A stretch of DNA of 64,000 bases, from the NCBI RefSeq assembly GCF_009914755.1, contig NC_060941.1; one strand, given 5' to 3'. A program made the translations under genes and the position numbers. The stretch comes from the human T2T-CHM13v2.0 reference genome, Homo sapiens. Numbering within the stretch: position 1 is the stretch's first letter; each line of letters begins with the position of its first letter. The notes under the pieces were generated by a model, which saw nothing but the letters and a program-made list of their open reading frames with translations, did not search any database and was not told the DNA's origin. Positions 11,546-25,132 of this stretch are shown in pieces.

Positions 11546-13197
11546 CCTGGAGGCTGTCCCCTTCCTCGGTGTGCTCCTACCGGTGGGGCCTGATGAATGT
11601 TGGGGGGAGGGGACAGACACCCCCATCTGTTGAACTGGCAAGTGCGGGCGGGGGAGAGGAGGAATTGACCTCCAAACAGCTGGCTTTGTTCTAGGCAGAG
11701 TACCATTCCCCCATCTCCCACCACCTCCCCAGGCCCTGGCACGTGGCACTGCGTTGGACACTTGGCACATAGGACTTCTCTGCGTGCCAACTCCCCCGCC
11801 TGCCTTCCTCCCTCCTTAATTAACTCTGCAGCAGCAACTTTGTTTCCCTTTGCCAAGATCGGGAGAGGGTCCTGGCATGTGCCAGCAGGGCTGAGAGCAC
11901 AGGAACAGACCCGCACGGCCTGGCTCCACCCCCTCGCTGGGCTCTAGGAGCCTCCCCAGCCCACCAGAGAGCCTCGGGTCCCAGGCAGGCCACTGGCAGG
12001 CCACTGACAGTCCCTGGGCTTTGCCTGTGAGTTAAGCCGGGAGTTGAGTAATTGCTGGCTGGGTTCTGGCTCCTCCCAGGATTCAGCTGGGGGCTAGAAG
12101 ATGTCTCCATCCCGGGAAACCTGGCAGTCAGCCCAGGGGGCGGGGCTGAGCGGGAGTGGGGGAAGGAGGCCCCTGGGCAGCTCGGTGCCTCTCTCCCCAC
12201 TCTGCCCTCCCGTCTCTGATGGGCACCAGCGCTCCCTGCTGAGAGAAGCTCCAGCTTGGGAGACGCCTGTGTTTCTCTCTAATAACCAGGGGGCTCCTAC
12301 CTGCCCTGCCTGCCCTGCTAAACTTCCCGCTGCCCCTCCAGCCTAGGTCTTGCCACAGAGGCATCTGGTCGTCAGCACAGACCAGGCCCACCTGAGGGGG
12401 TTGACAGACATGCAGATTTCCAGGCCCAAACCCGGCTATTGCCACCCAACCATCTGGAACAGAACTGGGGACTCTGCATGTTTAACCATCCCCCACGGCG
12501 ATCCTGGGACTGGCCACCCTGTAGCTCCCAGCTAGGCAGGGGCCAGGCTGCAAGGGGCCCTGCCTCAGCTCCTGCAGGCCGCAGAGGTACCGACTGGTCA
12601 ACAGAAGCCCGGGGGTCGAAAAGGGACCTCCCCATGCCTGCTGGTTAGAAGATAAAGACGAAGAGTCTCTCTTTGGCTCACAGCCAGGATGAGGAGTCCG
12701 TAGGTAGAAGGAGGAGTCTCACAGTCCCTCCCCTGCCCCTAAGCCTCTGCAGAAGTGAGGATCCTGCTCTGAGGAGGAGGATCTACCCAGCAAGGGCCAT
12801 GCCAGTATTTAACAGCCCAGCCTCCCTTCCTCCAGTGCAGGGCAAGCCTGTCTGCGCTTGCTTCCCCCTCAGGGATGATGTAGAAAAACCCTGTGACCCT
12901 GGCCCCTCCAGTCCTGCAGGTGGTCGGGAAGCCCTGCCTGCTTCTGGCCCAGTCCCTGGCTGGAGCTGGAGGCCCTGTTCAATGGGCAGGTGCTGCGTGG
13001 AAGACAAGGAACCTCTTCACACGGAGGGCACTCCAGCCTGCCAGGCCCAGCCTGCCCTGGGCGAGCAGCCTCCCTCCCTCCCTCCCCGCCCACTGCTCTC
13101 CCCTTAAATGGCCCCTGATGGGTGTCTGCAAACTGGAGCTGAATAAAAATAAACACTACAGAGTGCCTGGCACAGGGAAGGCTCTCTAATATTTGTG

Positions 13198-13405
13198 AAA
13201 AAGGGAGGGAGGGAGGAGGGGAGGGGAGGTCAAGGGAGGGAGGGATGGAGGGAGGCGGGGAGGTCGGATGGGGGAGAAGAGAAGGGGAGGAGAAGGATGG
13301 GAAGAGGAGAAGGGGAATGGAGGGGAGGAGAGAAAGGAAGAGAGAGGAGTGGGGAGGTGGCAGGAGGAAAAGGAGGGAGGGACAGAGGAATGAAGGGAGG
13401 GAGGA
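13198..13405 (+). repeat. Polypurine (GA-rich) low-complexity tract
   Basis: ~200 bp of almost only G/A with many GGG runs. Confidence 0.9.
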
Positions 13406-13608
13406 ATCATTTTTACAAAGCCAATGGGAGAACAGAAAGAGTGCTGAACTGGAAATTAGAGGACCTGAATTTGGTTCTTTCCCTCTCCTTAACTAATAGC
13501 GAACCCTCTCTCTCCAGACCCTGTAGGGGACCCACTGTCTCCAGGCCTCCGTTTGCTCATCTGTAAAGCGAGGGGTGGGCCAGTCACCCCGGCATGAGCT
13601 TTGACATT

Positions 13609-13690
13609 TTAGGATCCCAGCCTTCCCGCTGTGGTTGCAGAAGTGGCTCTTAGGATCCCAGCCTTCCCGCTGTGGCTGCAGAAGTGGCTC
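13609..13690 (+). repeat. 40-bp tandem duplication
   Basis: ttaggatcccagccttcccgctgtgg(t/c)tgcagaagtggctc x2, one mismatch. Confidence 0.95.
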
Positions 13691-14424
13691 CTCTCCAGAA
13701 CAGCATTTATGGCGTCTGGACTCCCGCCCCAGCTCCCTAACGGGGCAGGGAGCTCGCCTGCTCCTGAAGCATCCGCCTCCCAGCCTCGCGCAGGTGAGGC
13801 TCATCAATAACGATGGGCGAGGATGTCAGGCTGCGTCTGAAGCCACCAGGGGCCCAGCAGGCTGCCGCGTGCTTTGTCATAAACTATGTTGTCACCTGGG
13901 GAAGAATCATCACCGATAACATATTTCAGGAGACAAAAACAAGAGGTGCATTGATTTTTTCCACGAGGTCAGACAACTTCTGGGAAGGCTCCTGGAACTC
14001 AAGTTGTCACGGCATCTCTCCCTGAATATCCGTTTGACCCGGGGTGTTAGTGGCCTCTGACCCAGGTGGGCTCTTTTTCCTGATCACGGGCTGTTCTTTT
14101 CAGAGGCCAGCACCATCACTGGCCTTTCTCAGACCCTGAGGATCGAGGCTGACTTGGATCCAGGGAAGATTTGCTCTCTGGCTTCCCCTGATCTGGCTCC
14201 GAGAAAGGTCTGCACAGGTGGCTCCGGGAGGGGCTCTGCTGACAGCCAAATCTGCCATTTGTTAAGCTTATGACACACACCAGAGTGACCTGTCTATTTC
14301 CCTGGCCACCACCCAGCCCAAAACTGAAGACAGAATGTTCAAAAATACAGTATATTAATAGAAAATCTGAGGCATAGTGAGGCCAACAGATCAGGAGACA
14401 ACTGCCATTAAAAAGGTAGTTTGC

Positions 14425-14927
<503 letters not shown>

Positions 14928-15374
14928 TTAGGACTAGCTAGTTTGAATAATTTCAGCAGGCTCTGGGACATAGGAGCTGTCTGTAGTTGTCTGGTACCTG
15001 GCCCTGGGGGATACAGGCAGGTGGATAGGGGCCCAGAGTGTGGTTGGGAGGTGTGGGCTCTAGAGTGGGTGATTTGTATTTGAAAAGCACACTCCCAGGC
15101 CATTGTCTGCTGTCTCTAGGAACTATCTAATCCTGGGAGGGACTCTCTCCAGTGTCAGCAAAGCCCCTGATGTCAAAGTATCACAATACAGAGAATAAAA
15201 GACGCGGCCCGTACGCAGAGCTGAAGTGGCTCTCTGTTATTTGCAGATGGAAATTGGAATCTCTACAGCATGACAGACACTTGAGCAGAAATTCTAAGCT
15301 TTTATGGGTTGCCACAGGTCCCTTTCAGGAGGATGGCGAAGGCTATAGTCATGAGCCGTCTAAGGTGGAGGTCA

Positions 15375-15676
15375 CGAGCGGCAGGTGGCTCTTAATAAGC
15401 ACTTGACATACCACTTCTCCCAACTGAGATGTGCTGTACGCGTCAAATCCGAACTGGATTTTGAGGATTCAGAATGAATAAAAGATTGAAAAAATCTCAT
15501 TCATGATTTGTATATTAATTACATGTTGAAATGATAATATGTTGGATATATTGGGCTAAATAAAATATATTATCAAATTTAAGTTTGCTTGTTTCTTTTT
15601 ATTGTGTCTGCTAGAAAAATGTCCTCAGTTAAAATCACCTCAGTGGCTCACATTCTCTCTCTATTGGACAACAGGG
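15375..15676. mobile_element. MER33 hAT-Charlie MITE
   Basis: aactgagatgtgctgta..ggattttgagga..attacatgttgaaatgataatat.ttggatatattgggctaaataaaatatattat. Confidence 0.8.
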
Positions 15677-16852
15677 CTCTTGACCTCCCTAGGGGAATGG
15701 ACCCAGGCACACATGATGCAGGTAAAATATGGTATTGAGGGGTGTGATTCCAGGATCTGAGGGTACACCGACCCCAAGTTGATTTCACTCTCTCTTTCCA
15801 GAATTATAGGGTGAAAAGAACCCTAGAGAAGGATCCCTGGCCCCAGACACATAACTATCAGTGAGAACCCACAGCATTGAAAAGCAAATCTTTCCCAAAG
15901 CTTCATGTTTTGAGCCAGCCTGCTGTAAAACTTTGTTAAAAAAAATCAGTAGACAATAAAGAAGAAAATCAAACTTTTTAGCCTTGATTAAGTGGTTCGA
16001 TGGAGAGAAGAGTGGTAGCGTGCTTTCCTCGTTGGCTGATAATCGATTCTTTTCTTGGTCTGAGCCTTGGTATGGCTTAGGAGCTTGCCCAAGCCAGCAC
16101 TGGTGTGGGGCAGGCAGGGAAGGGCTGGGACTGGGAATTGCTTCCCCAGCCCTGGATTTAACTTCTCAGGACAGATGATGGCTTGTGCACGTCATCAGTT
16201 CTCCATGGAGAGAGGCTCTGTGTCCTTTCCCAGAAGCCCAAGCACTGGTTTTCACTCCCTGCGAGCCAGAAGCAATTCTCATGGCATTATACAGTTCCTC
16301 CGTTTCTGAAATGGAATTCCCCCTCTCCTCACTTGGTCTGCACTGGTCCCAGGGAAAGTTTGCTCAGCGCTCTTCCTCCACCCACCCTTCACATGGTGGC
16401 AGTGGCTCAGTTTAGGGGTTAAGCCCAGAGAGTTTGAGGCTGTCAGGTCTGAGAGCTGCCCTTGTCTGTCAGAGGCCAGCTGCAGGATTTGGAGCCAGTT
16501 ACTTCCTCTCTCTCTCTCAGCCCCAGCCTAAGCTTGGCAAAAGGACAATGACAACACCTCTGTGGTATAATAAAGAGTATGTCTTTGTCCCTGGTTCCTG
16601 GCACAGAAAACCGTTGGAATTTCCTGAATGATAGGAGTGTCTTGATTGTGTTGATGGTGTGACTCCTGGCACATGCCAAGAGGACTTCAGGATGGAGGCT
16701 GACCACCAAAGACCAACCACGTGATAAGAGGGCTGGAACTTTTGGTCCACCCAAAGTCCGGAGAGGGGAGAGGGGCTGAAGATTGAGTTCAGTCATGAGG
16801 ACAATGATTTAATCAGTCATGGCTACGTAATGAAATCCCAGTGAAAACTTTG

Positions 16853-17170
16853 GGTCTGGTGCAGTGGCTCATGCCTGTAATCCCAATGCTATGAGAAGAT
16901 GAGGTGGGAGGATCACTTGAGCCCAGGAGTTCAAGACCACTCTGGATATCATAGTGAGACCTCCTCTCTACTAAAATTAAAAAAATAATAATTTTAAATC
17001 AACCAGGTATGGTGGTGCCCGCCTGTAGTCCCAGCTACTCAAGAGGCTGAAGCAGGAGGATCACTTGAGTCCAGGAGATCGAGGCTGCAGTGAGCCATGA
17101 TCACACCACTGCACTCTAACCTGGGCAACAGAGCGAGACTCTATATCAAAAAGGAACAACAACAACGACA
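16853..17170 (+). mobile_element. AluJ
   Basis: ggaggatcacttgagcccaggagttcaag and gaggctgcagtgagccatgatc are J-type. TSD aaaact(t/c)tgg. Confidence 0.9.
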
Positions 17171-17188
17171 AAACTCTGGACACTGAAA

Positions 17189-17725
17189 TCTCTTGAGGAT
17201 ATCAATTCCTTACCAGATACATGATTTGCAAATATTTTCTCCCATTCTGTGGGTTGCCTTTTTACTCTGTTGATAGTGTCTTTTGACTCACAAAAGGTTT
17301 TAATTTTTATGAAGTCCAATTTGTCTATTTTTTTCCTTTGTTGCTTGTGCCTTTGACGTTATATCTAAGAAATCGTCACCAAATCCAATGTCATGAAGCT
17401 GTATCCTTGTTTTCTTCTAAGAGTTTTATGGTTTTAGCTCCTACATGTAGGTCTGTAATCCATTTTGAATTAATTTTGGCATATGGTGTTAGGTCAGGGT
17501 CCAAATTCATTCTTATGTAGGTGGATATTCAGTTTTCCCAGCACTGTTTGTTGAAAAGACCTTCTTTTCCTCATTGAATGGTCTTGGCACCCTTGTCAAG
17601 AATCATTGGACCATATATGCGAGGGTTTATTTCTGGGGTCTCTATTCTACTCTTTTGGTCTATATGCCTGCCTTTATGCCGGCGCCATACTCTTTGGATT
17701 ACTGTAGCTTTGCGGTGAGTTTCAA
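17189..17725 (-). mobile_element. Internal L1M ORF2 fragment (no 3' UTR, no poly-A)
   Basis: atgatttgcaaatattttctcccattctgtgggttgcc..; ORF 17571-17891(-) ends HIDQKSRIETPEINPRIYGPMILDKGAKTIQ, an L1 ORF2p motif. Confidence 0.9.
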
Positions 17726-19246
17726 AGCTCAGTGGGGCCTCCTGGTTGAACACATGGATTTGCTGGGAAAGTGATGCATCCTGATTCCACAGGAGAAGGC
17801 ATGAAAGCTGCAAGTCCAGGATGCTCCCAGACCTTGTTCTATGTGTATCCTTTATAATAATGCTGTAATCGTGGGTGTAGCACACACCCACGTTCTGTTA
17901 GTCATTCTAGTGAATTGTTGAACCTGAGAGTATCATGACAACCCTTGAATGTGTACCCAGCTGGTCAGAAGTGCAGGTGTCCTGGGGACCCCGGCTGGTG
18001 TCTGAGGCAGGGCAGTCTTGCGAAGGCCTGAGCCCTTGACTTCTGCGGTGTGACACTAACTTGGAGTGGTTAGTGTCCGAATTGAATGGAGTTCACCCAG
18101 TTGGGATAGAAGCAGAATGCCTTCATAACGTTGTTATAAGGATTAAATGAACTAATCATTATAAAAACTCTAGTGCCCTACACACATCAAAAACTCTGCT
18201 GACGGTAGGTAGCACTCTCATATTTGATTTTTTAAATAACTGTCTTCTTCTGCTTCTGCCAATGGAAGATAACACTAAAGCCTGTCCCAGCCTAACTGGC
18301 CTTGAAAGAGCCACGTCACCTCTCTGGGCCTCTTTTCTTCATCTGTTAAACGAAGAGACCAGGCAAGATCACTTCCCATGCAGCCTCAGTCTCTAAAATT
18401 TGATTTCATGTACCAAATTGTACCTAAAATATGCTTCCAATCTTGAAAATGTAATATTCTATGGTACTCCAGGCTTCCTCATTAATAAAGAGCTCTAGTT
18501 CAAGAAAGATTCATTTCCATGGGAAATCATAATTGAACGGCAGTGGGCTCCCCGCCTCTGAAACTGACGATGCTCAAACAGCAGGGGACACCAAAGCACA
18601 GCGCCCCCAGGTGAGCACTCACCCAAACTGCAGGCAAAGTACCTTGAAAATCAAATGCCACGGAGGCAGCTCCATCCTCAAGAGTGAAAGTGTCTGGTCT
18701 CAAGACTCAAGATAGCCAGGGGCCGAGTAAGCAGGATTTGGGCAGGACTATTCAATATTCATCGAGCCCAGCCTAACTTTGAAAGGCTGTGCAAATTGTC
18801 CAAGACCGAATTGGGCTCTGGTGAGTGTATTCAATGACTTCCATTGCTTCCTGATCCTCTTAAGTCCGTGACTGTGTGCTATTTAGATAACAGGAAGCTG
18901 GCTTTCACCTGTGAAATGCCATCTCTCCAGGTCTTTCCAAGCCTCCCTCCTCTGCCTGTCAGCCACGTCTGCCTTCTCTTTGCAGCCGGCTGTCCACCAC
19001 AGACCTTGTTCTTTCTCACCTGGCTTCTGAGGGCCTGATGTTCTTGGCTTCTCATCCAGGCTCACGCCTTGTGCAGGGCCCACATCTCCAGCCCTGAGAC
19101 CCTGCCCTGGGCCCACCCCTCGCTCTGGGAGGGGAGGCTTACTATCAGAGGAACGGAGTCTCCCAGTCTCCCTCCATCCCTGATGGCGGTTGTAGAGATG
19201 GGACAGTGGTGGTTTCTACTGGTAACTAGCCTGGCTCCCTCTAAAG

Positions 19247-19523
19247 CAGCAGTCCCCAACCTTTTTGGCATCGGGGACTGGTTTTTTGGAAGACAGTTTT
19301 TCCACAGACAGGACAGGGTGGAGGAGTGCAGGATAGTTTTGGGATGAAACTGTTCCACCTCAGATCATCAGGCATTTAGATTCTCATGAGGATGACACAG
19401 CCTGGATCCCACACATGCACAGTTCACAATGGGATTCATGCTCCTGTGAGAATCTAATGCTCAGGTGGCTCCTAACAGGGCACGAAGCAGCGCAGGTCCA
19501 TGGCCCGGGGTTGGGGAACCCTG
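19247..19523. mobile_element. MER1B hAT-Charlie MITE
   Basis: Terminal inverted repeats cagcagtccccaacc / ggttggggaaccctg. 8-bp TSD ctctaaag/ctctaacc. Confidence 0.88.
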
Positions 19524-19679
19524 CTCTAACCGATGCAGGTTCTGTCAGAACCACATAGCATTTGTGCTGGAAGAACCTGAGGCATCTCCTGAAGCAACCC
19601 CTCACATCACCAATGAGGAAGGGACCCAAGGTCTGCAGAGGGGAATAGCCCTGCCCTGGGTTGCATCTTTCACAGGGGT

Positions 19680-20207
19680 GGTGTGAGTTCAGGAGGTCCC
19701 TAAGACCATCCTCAGGTTCAAAAATTTGCTAGAAGGACTCACAGGACTCGAAACAGGCATTCTACTGCCATCGGTACAGTTTATGACAGTGAGAGAATAT
19801 GGATTAAAATCAGCCAGTGGGAGAGATACATGGGGCAGAGTTGTCCTGGAGAGACAGGCATGGGCTTCGATTGTCCTCTCCCAATGGAATTGTGTGGACG
19901 GTACTTGCTTCTCCAGCAAGGATGCGTGACAACACACACGGGGTACTGCCAACAGGGAAGTTCACCCAAACCTTGGTGTCCCGAGTTTTACTTGGCCTCG
20001 GTCAGGTAGACACGACTGACCATCCATGTGCCGATACCATGTGGCCCAAGGCCCCTACATTGAAGTGTAAACTAACTGGCTGCCCCAAGACCCCAGGGAA
20101 ACAAAGACACTCATACCAAGGACATTCCAAGGGCTTAGCTTTTCCCTCTCAAGAGCCAGAAACAAAGAGCCAAACCTTTCTTTGGGGGAGGTTAATCCTT
20201 TACCACA
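19680..20207 (-). mobile_element. MER21C-like LTR
   Basis: ggtccctaagaccatcctcaggttc..atttgctagaaggactcacaggactc..caaagacactc..ggacattccaaggg..ttaccaca. Confidence 0.75.
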
Positions 20208-20663
20208 CAGAAGGGACCCCGTAGTGCTCCTTTGAAAATCCCCTCCATACCAGCTAGAGTTCTAGGCACACACCAGTTATTTAATAATAAATGCTTAGTG
20301 CATTGAAGGCATGACTTGTCAGCTCTTATTTTTTCTATGGACTCATCGAACATGATTCTTTTAAATTTCCTCACTGACTATCACGTTCACGTCTCCAGCA
20401 GCACACTGCCAAGAAACAGGAAGAAAAGAAAAAGGTCCCTGATTAGCCAAAATTGGTATCATATAGTCATATCCTTATCAGCCAGAAACTTGGGTCTCAC
20501 CCACAGTCTACTCATTTTATCTACTTACTTAAACAGTTTGAGTACAAATAATTTGGTTTTACAACCCACAGTGCATTATAAACAGCAAATTACAGGGGGA
20601 GAGGCAGCAGGTAGAAAAGACAGAGTGTTGCAGACATATCAGTAGCAGGAAGACTTGAGAGCA

Positions 20664-20957
20664 GGCCAGGTGTGGTGGCACACACCTGTAATTCAGGCAT
20701 TTTGGGAGGCCGAGGCAGGAGGATTGCTTGAGCCTAGGAGGTCAAAACCAGCCTGGGCAACAAAGTAAGACCGCATCTCTACAAAAATAAATAAGTTAGC
20801 CAAGCATGGTGGCGTGTGCCTGTAGTCGCGGCTACTTAAGACACTGAGGTGGGAGGACCACTTGAGCTCAGGAATTTAAGGCTGTAGTGGGCTATGATCG
20901 CACTACTGCGCTCCAGCCTAGGTGACAGAGTGAGACCCTGTCCAAAAAAGAAGAAGA
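20664..20957 (+). mobile_element. AluJ
   Basis: ggaggattgcttgagcctaggag..aggctgtagtgggctatgatcg. Confidence 0.92.
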
Positions 20958-22813
20958 ACTGGGGACAGACAAGAGGAAGCAGGGAGCAGAAAAAATATGA
21001 AAGACACTCGAGAAACCAAACACTGGGGCCATTTTGCAGAAGGGCAGATGGGTCTCCAAGCTATAGCTGCCATGGGCTCAGCTGCAGTAGGACACAGCAT
21101 GGTGATGAGTGGCCAGAGACATCATTCCTGAAACATCAAGGGAAGGTTAAGTGTGGTTTATCATCTAAGATGGCAGAAGGCAAGCCATGCATTTTAAAAA
21201 GACATTGGTAAACTTGCAGCTGGTGGAAAATTCTCCAGCCTGGAGTATCCCCTTTCCCACGGGTGCTGATTAAAAGCATCCGTGTGTGTGTCCTATTCTC
21301 TTAGAGACTTCTGCCCCCTTCCTTCTACCTGACACTTAACAGAGACTGAACACAAAACCTACTAAAAACTTGATTCTCAAGAGCTACATCCACTTCTGCC
21401 TCGAAGGGCTCCGATCCCCAGGTGAGCCAGTCTCGGGCTGTTCCCTGGGTGGTAGTTGTGGACTGCAAATGACCTTCAGGACATCTGCGAAGTTCATGAG
21501 GGTAGAGGGTGGGGATGATTTAAAAAGACAGCCCTGGAGGTCGGGATTCACAGGGCAACCGTCAGGAGGAAACTGGAAGGGCCCTCATGGGGTCCCTGGG
21601 GCCTCCCTCTCTCAGCCAGCGGGGAGGCGATGGGTCTGGTTCCTCGTTTGTTAAGCTCCAGGGACAAGCGAAACTGCCTCCCGGGGGACCCAGGCAAAAA
21701 GATCTCACTTCACTTTGAAACTCTGGGACTTTGTTTCTCTGGAGCAGACTCAGAGCTCTAGAGGCTGACCTGGGCCTGAACCTGGACGGGGCTTGGCTGT
21801 AGGAAAGCATTCTGACGCAACAGGCACCCGAGGGAGCCGGTGAGGCTGTCTTCCCATCTCTGCAGGCCTCATCCCTCGTTTCACGTCTTCCTGGTTCTCA
21901 TTACCAGCAATGCTTTCCTCCCTTGCTACCCTCTTCTAAGCGGCCTCTGCTCCTCTCAGGCCTGGGTCCAATGTGCCCATGGAGATGCTCAGGCCTTCCC
22001 TGCCCACTATGGTCCTGGCCTCACCACTCACTGCTCTCCTGGCTCCTGCCTGTCCCCACACCATCCACGCCACACCCCGGCACACTGGACTGCGCTTTAC
22101 TCTCTGCCCTGTGTGTCCTCAGCCAACCTCTCTCACTGGCAAACACCCAACCTCCTTCCCATTCAGTCTTCATCTTGTCTGGACCATAGACCATTGTGAG
22201 GTTTTGACCAACACCATGGGCCAGAACAGGGCCAAACACAGCATCTAGGGAGGCTCTGACCTCCCCCAGAGTCCAGCCACCAAGCCCCTGGAGGCCGATA
22301 GACCCAACTCCAGGCCACAGCTCAGAGGTCGCTGCTACAGCAGAGCCTCTTTGGCCCATTCCCCCATCAGCCAACTTTTACTGAGGGGTTGCCATGTGCC
22401 ATGCCCAGGGGTGGGCACCACTAAGATAATTGATCAAGAAGTGCCTCTCCTCCTCCTGGAGCTCTTGGCTCATGCCTTTATCATGGTGCCTGTTGTCTGC
22501 TTTGCACTTTATCTGTTTCATGATCAGATCCCCAAGTACACAACAAAGTCTTCTAGGACACACACAATCACAAATCAATGTTTTCATACCCAGCAGAGCT
22601 AGCACTCAATTTAAATGTTTGTTGAATGAATGAAGGAATGCACAGTCACAGAACATGTTAAATAAACATGATGTTTGCAAGGCTGGCTGATTGGAAGGAC
22701 ATGATCACCAAAGGCCCTGCCTACACTTGGCCTGATCACCCAGGGCCCAACCATTCTTATTAAGAATCATGAAGTTCTGGCTCTTACATAGCCTTTGTTT
22801 CTCATTTGTATGC

Positions 22814-23180
22814 TGTGTTAGTCCATTCTCATGCTGCTAATAAAGACATACATACCCGAGACAGGGTAATTCATAAAGAAAAGAGGTTTAGTTGACTCAC
22901 AGTTCCACATGGCTGGAGAGGCCTCACCATCATGGCAGAAGGCAAAGGAGGGGCAAAGTCACGTCTTACATGGTAGCAGGCAAGAGAGTGTGTGCAGGGA
23001 GAGTGTGCGCACAAAACTATCAGATCTCATGAGACTTATTCACTATCAGGAGTACAGCATGGGAAAAACCCGCCCTCATGATTCAATTACCTGCCACTAG
23101 GTCCTTCCCAGGACTCATGGGGATTATGGGAGCTACAATTCAAGATGAGATTTGGGTGAGGACACAGCCAAACCATATCA
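22814..23180 (-). mobile_element. THE1 (C/D-like) MaLR solo LTR
   Basis: tgtgttagtccattctcatgctgctaataaagacatac..gatttgggtgaggacacagccaaaccatatca. Perfect 5-bp TSD tatgc. Confidence 0.92.
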
Positions 23181-24869
23181 TATGCTTTACACAGAAATGC
23201 TCCTTATTATGTTGACTCTTGTTCACTTTATTGTTTTATTGCATAGTGTGTATATAAATCATTTTTTCTGTATGTGACAGTGTGGTTAGAGAAACTGGGC
23301 ATTCTTCTTAACTTTGAACCTGATTATAATAACACCCTTGGAGTGAAACACCACAGTTTTGCAAAATGATCATATCCACATGACCTCATCCTAACCTCAT
23401 AATAGCTTTGTGAAATAAATGGGTATCGGCTCTTATCTCCAATGTTAAGACCAAGAACTGGTAGCTCCCAAGGATTAGAAGACTTGCCCAAGGTCTCGCA
23501 GTTACTACCCAGCCCTCCCTGCTACCCCTCCTAAAGATTCTGTTCCTCTTCTGGATCCCTGGTAGCTCACTGTCCCTTGCCCACAAAGCCCCTTACCCTC
23601 TTTCTCTGCTTTTGCCCTCCCACCTTGGAGAACTCACTGGTCACTCCAGTCTCCTGCCCCCAAGATGAGACCTTGAGAGAGTCAATTCTGCTCATCTCTT
23701 TCCGACTCCACGGGCTCAGTGACATCACACCAGTGGTGTGAGATCAGCTTTGGCGGGAGTATTTACACCATGGTAACTGGCCAAGTCCTAGCGTCCATCC
23801 CAGGCCCTCTATCCTGTTCCCTTGACTCTGCCTCCTGACTCCAACTGGTCAGGTCAGAACCCTGGAAGCTTTGGGTCTCTCTGAGAGAACTGCACCCTTT
23901 CCCCGAGCACTGTGGAGCAAGAGCTGCTGTGCTTTGCCGGGAAGGGTAGGTCCTGCCTGCGGAGACAGAAGGAGCCTCCCTGGGAGGGGGCGGGAGTCAG
24001 CAGCCAGGAGTTGAGCTGTGATGAGCCCTGGAGCTCATTTTCTCCTGCTTGAGCCTCCTCCAGAGCCCCCTTATAAATGCCAGTCAAACCTTATGATTTT
24101 CATCTTTCATTATTCAGTGAGGAGAAGGCAGATTAAAAATACATGATGGCATTTTCCAGGTCGGATCGCCAAGCATGGTGAGGGTGTTTATCAAGGGTCC
24201 TTGTTCCTGCTGTGGCACCTGGGATGTAAAGCTCAGCTCCCCTCCCTCTCAGCCCCCTGGGCCTGCCCCAGCCCAGAGCCCCCTCCGCCTCCCCATGCCT
24301 CATTCAGGCATCGGCTGTCTGGGAAGTGTAAGACCGTCTCCTGCCAGAAGAGGCAAGGCCTTTGTGTTTTATTGAAAGAGACAGGATTTATTTTCATTGT
24401 CCTTTGCCTTCTGTGCTTTGAGGTTCCCTAAAGCCGGGGGATTCAGGAATGAGCAAAGAAATCAGATCCTCCGTGAGAGTGGCTCTCTGGCATGTGGGCG
24501 CTGAGAGGATTAGCTGCGAATCCACTCCTGCTTTGAAATCTGCTTCCTCATTAGGCCTTATTGATCCTTAGGTAGGACAATTCCCAGCTCCGCTTTCATT
24601 TTAGGAAAATTGCTAGAAACCTCACCCTTTCTTTGTATAGGGCTTTGGTGTGGGGGATGCTTCAGGACAACCTAAGCTGTGCTGGCTCTGTCCCCATCCT
24701 GGGCCCCATCTCTCTCTCCAGACCTCCCTGACTGGCAGATCCATCAGTTTTCCCCCAAAAGCCACCAGGAAGTAGAACAAAGGCCCCTGAGGCACAAGGC
24801 AGGGGTGCCTGGGAAGGATGTGGGGTCTTCTGGGGCAAGGGTTGCAGGGCTGTGTATCCCCCCTCTACC

Positions 24870-25062
24870 CAGCAGCATGTTGGAGCCAGCTTGCACCAAT
24901 TGAGAAGAGGCCATTCTTTCCAACGCTGTGTTTATCAACATCACTTTGGCAGCTTGCAGTTGGCCATAGTGGGGGTATCTACACCATGGAAATTGGCAAG
25001 TGTGACCATCAGGGCTTTTATTTTTCTGGAGAGCGACTTGTTCAGCATTTACCGGCACGCCA
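24870..25062. mobile_element. Probable MER63-like hAT element
   Basis: ggagccagcttgcacc..tacaccatggaaattggcaag..cagcatttaccggcacgccac; related fragment at ~23730-23785. Confidence 0.45.
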
Positions 25063-25132
25063 CCTCCCTTCTGTGTGTTGCTTCTTTCCCTCCCCAGGAC
25101 TAACCCGTCTGCCAGGCACGTCTGCAGGGAAC

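Larger units (their letters stand above)
16561..18118 (+). mobile_element. MER21 (A/B) solo LTR, inserted in a MIR and interrupted by an AluJ and an L1 fragment
   Basis: tgtggtata..tctttgtccctggttcctggcacaga..ttggaatttcctgaatgataggagtgtct; resumes at ~17726 (gctcagt..cctggttgaacac). MIR halves at ~16400-16560 and ~18119-18180. Confidence 0.8.
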
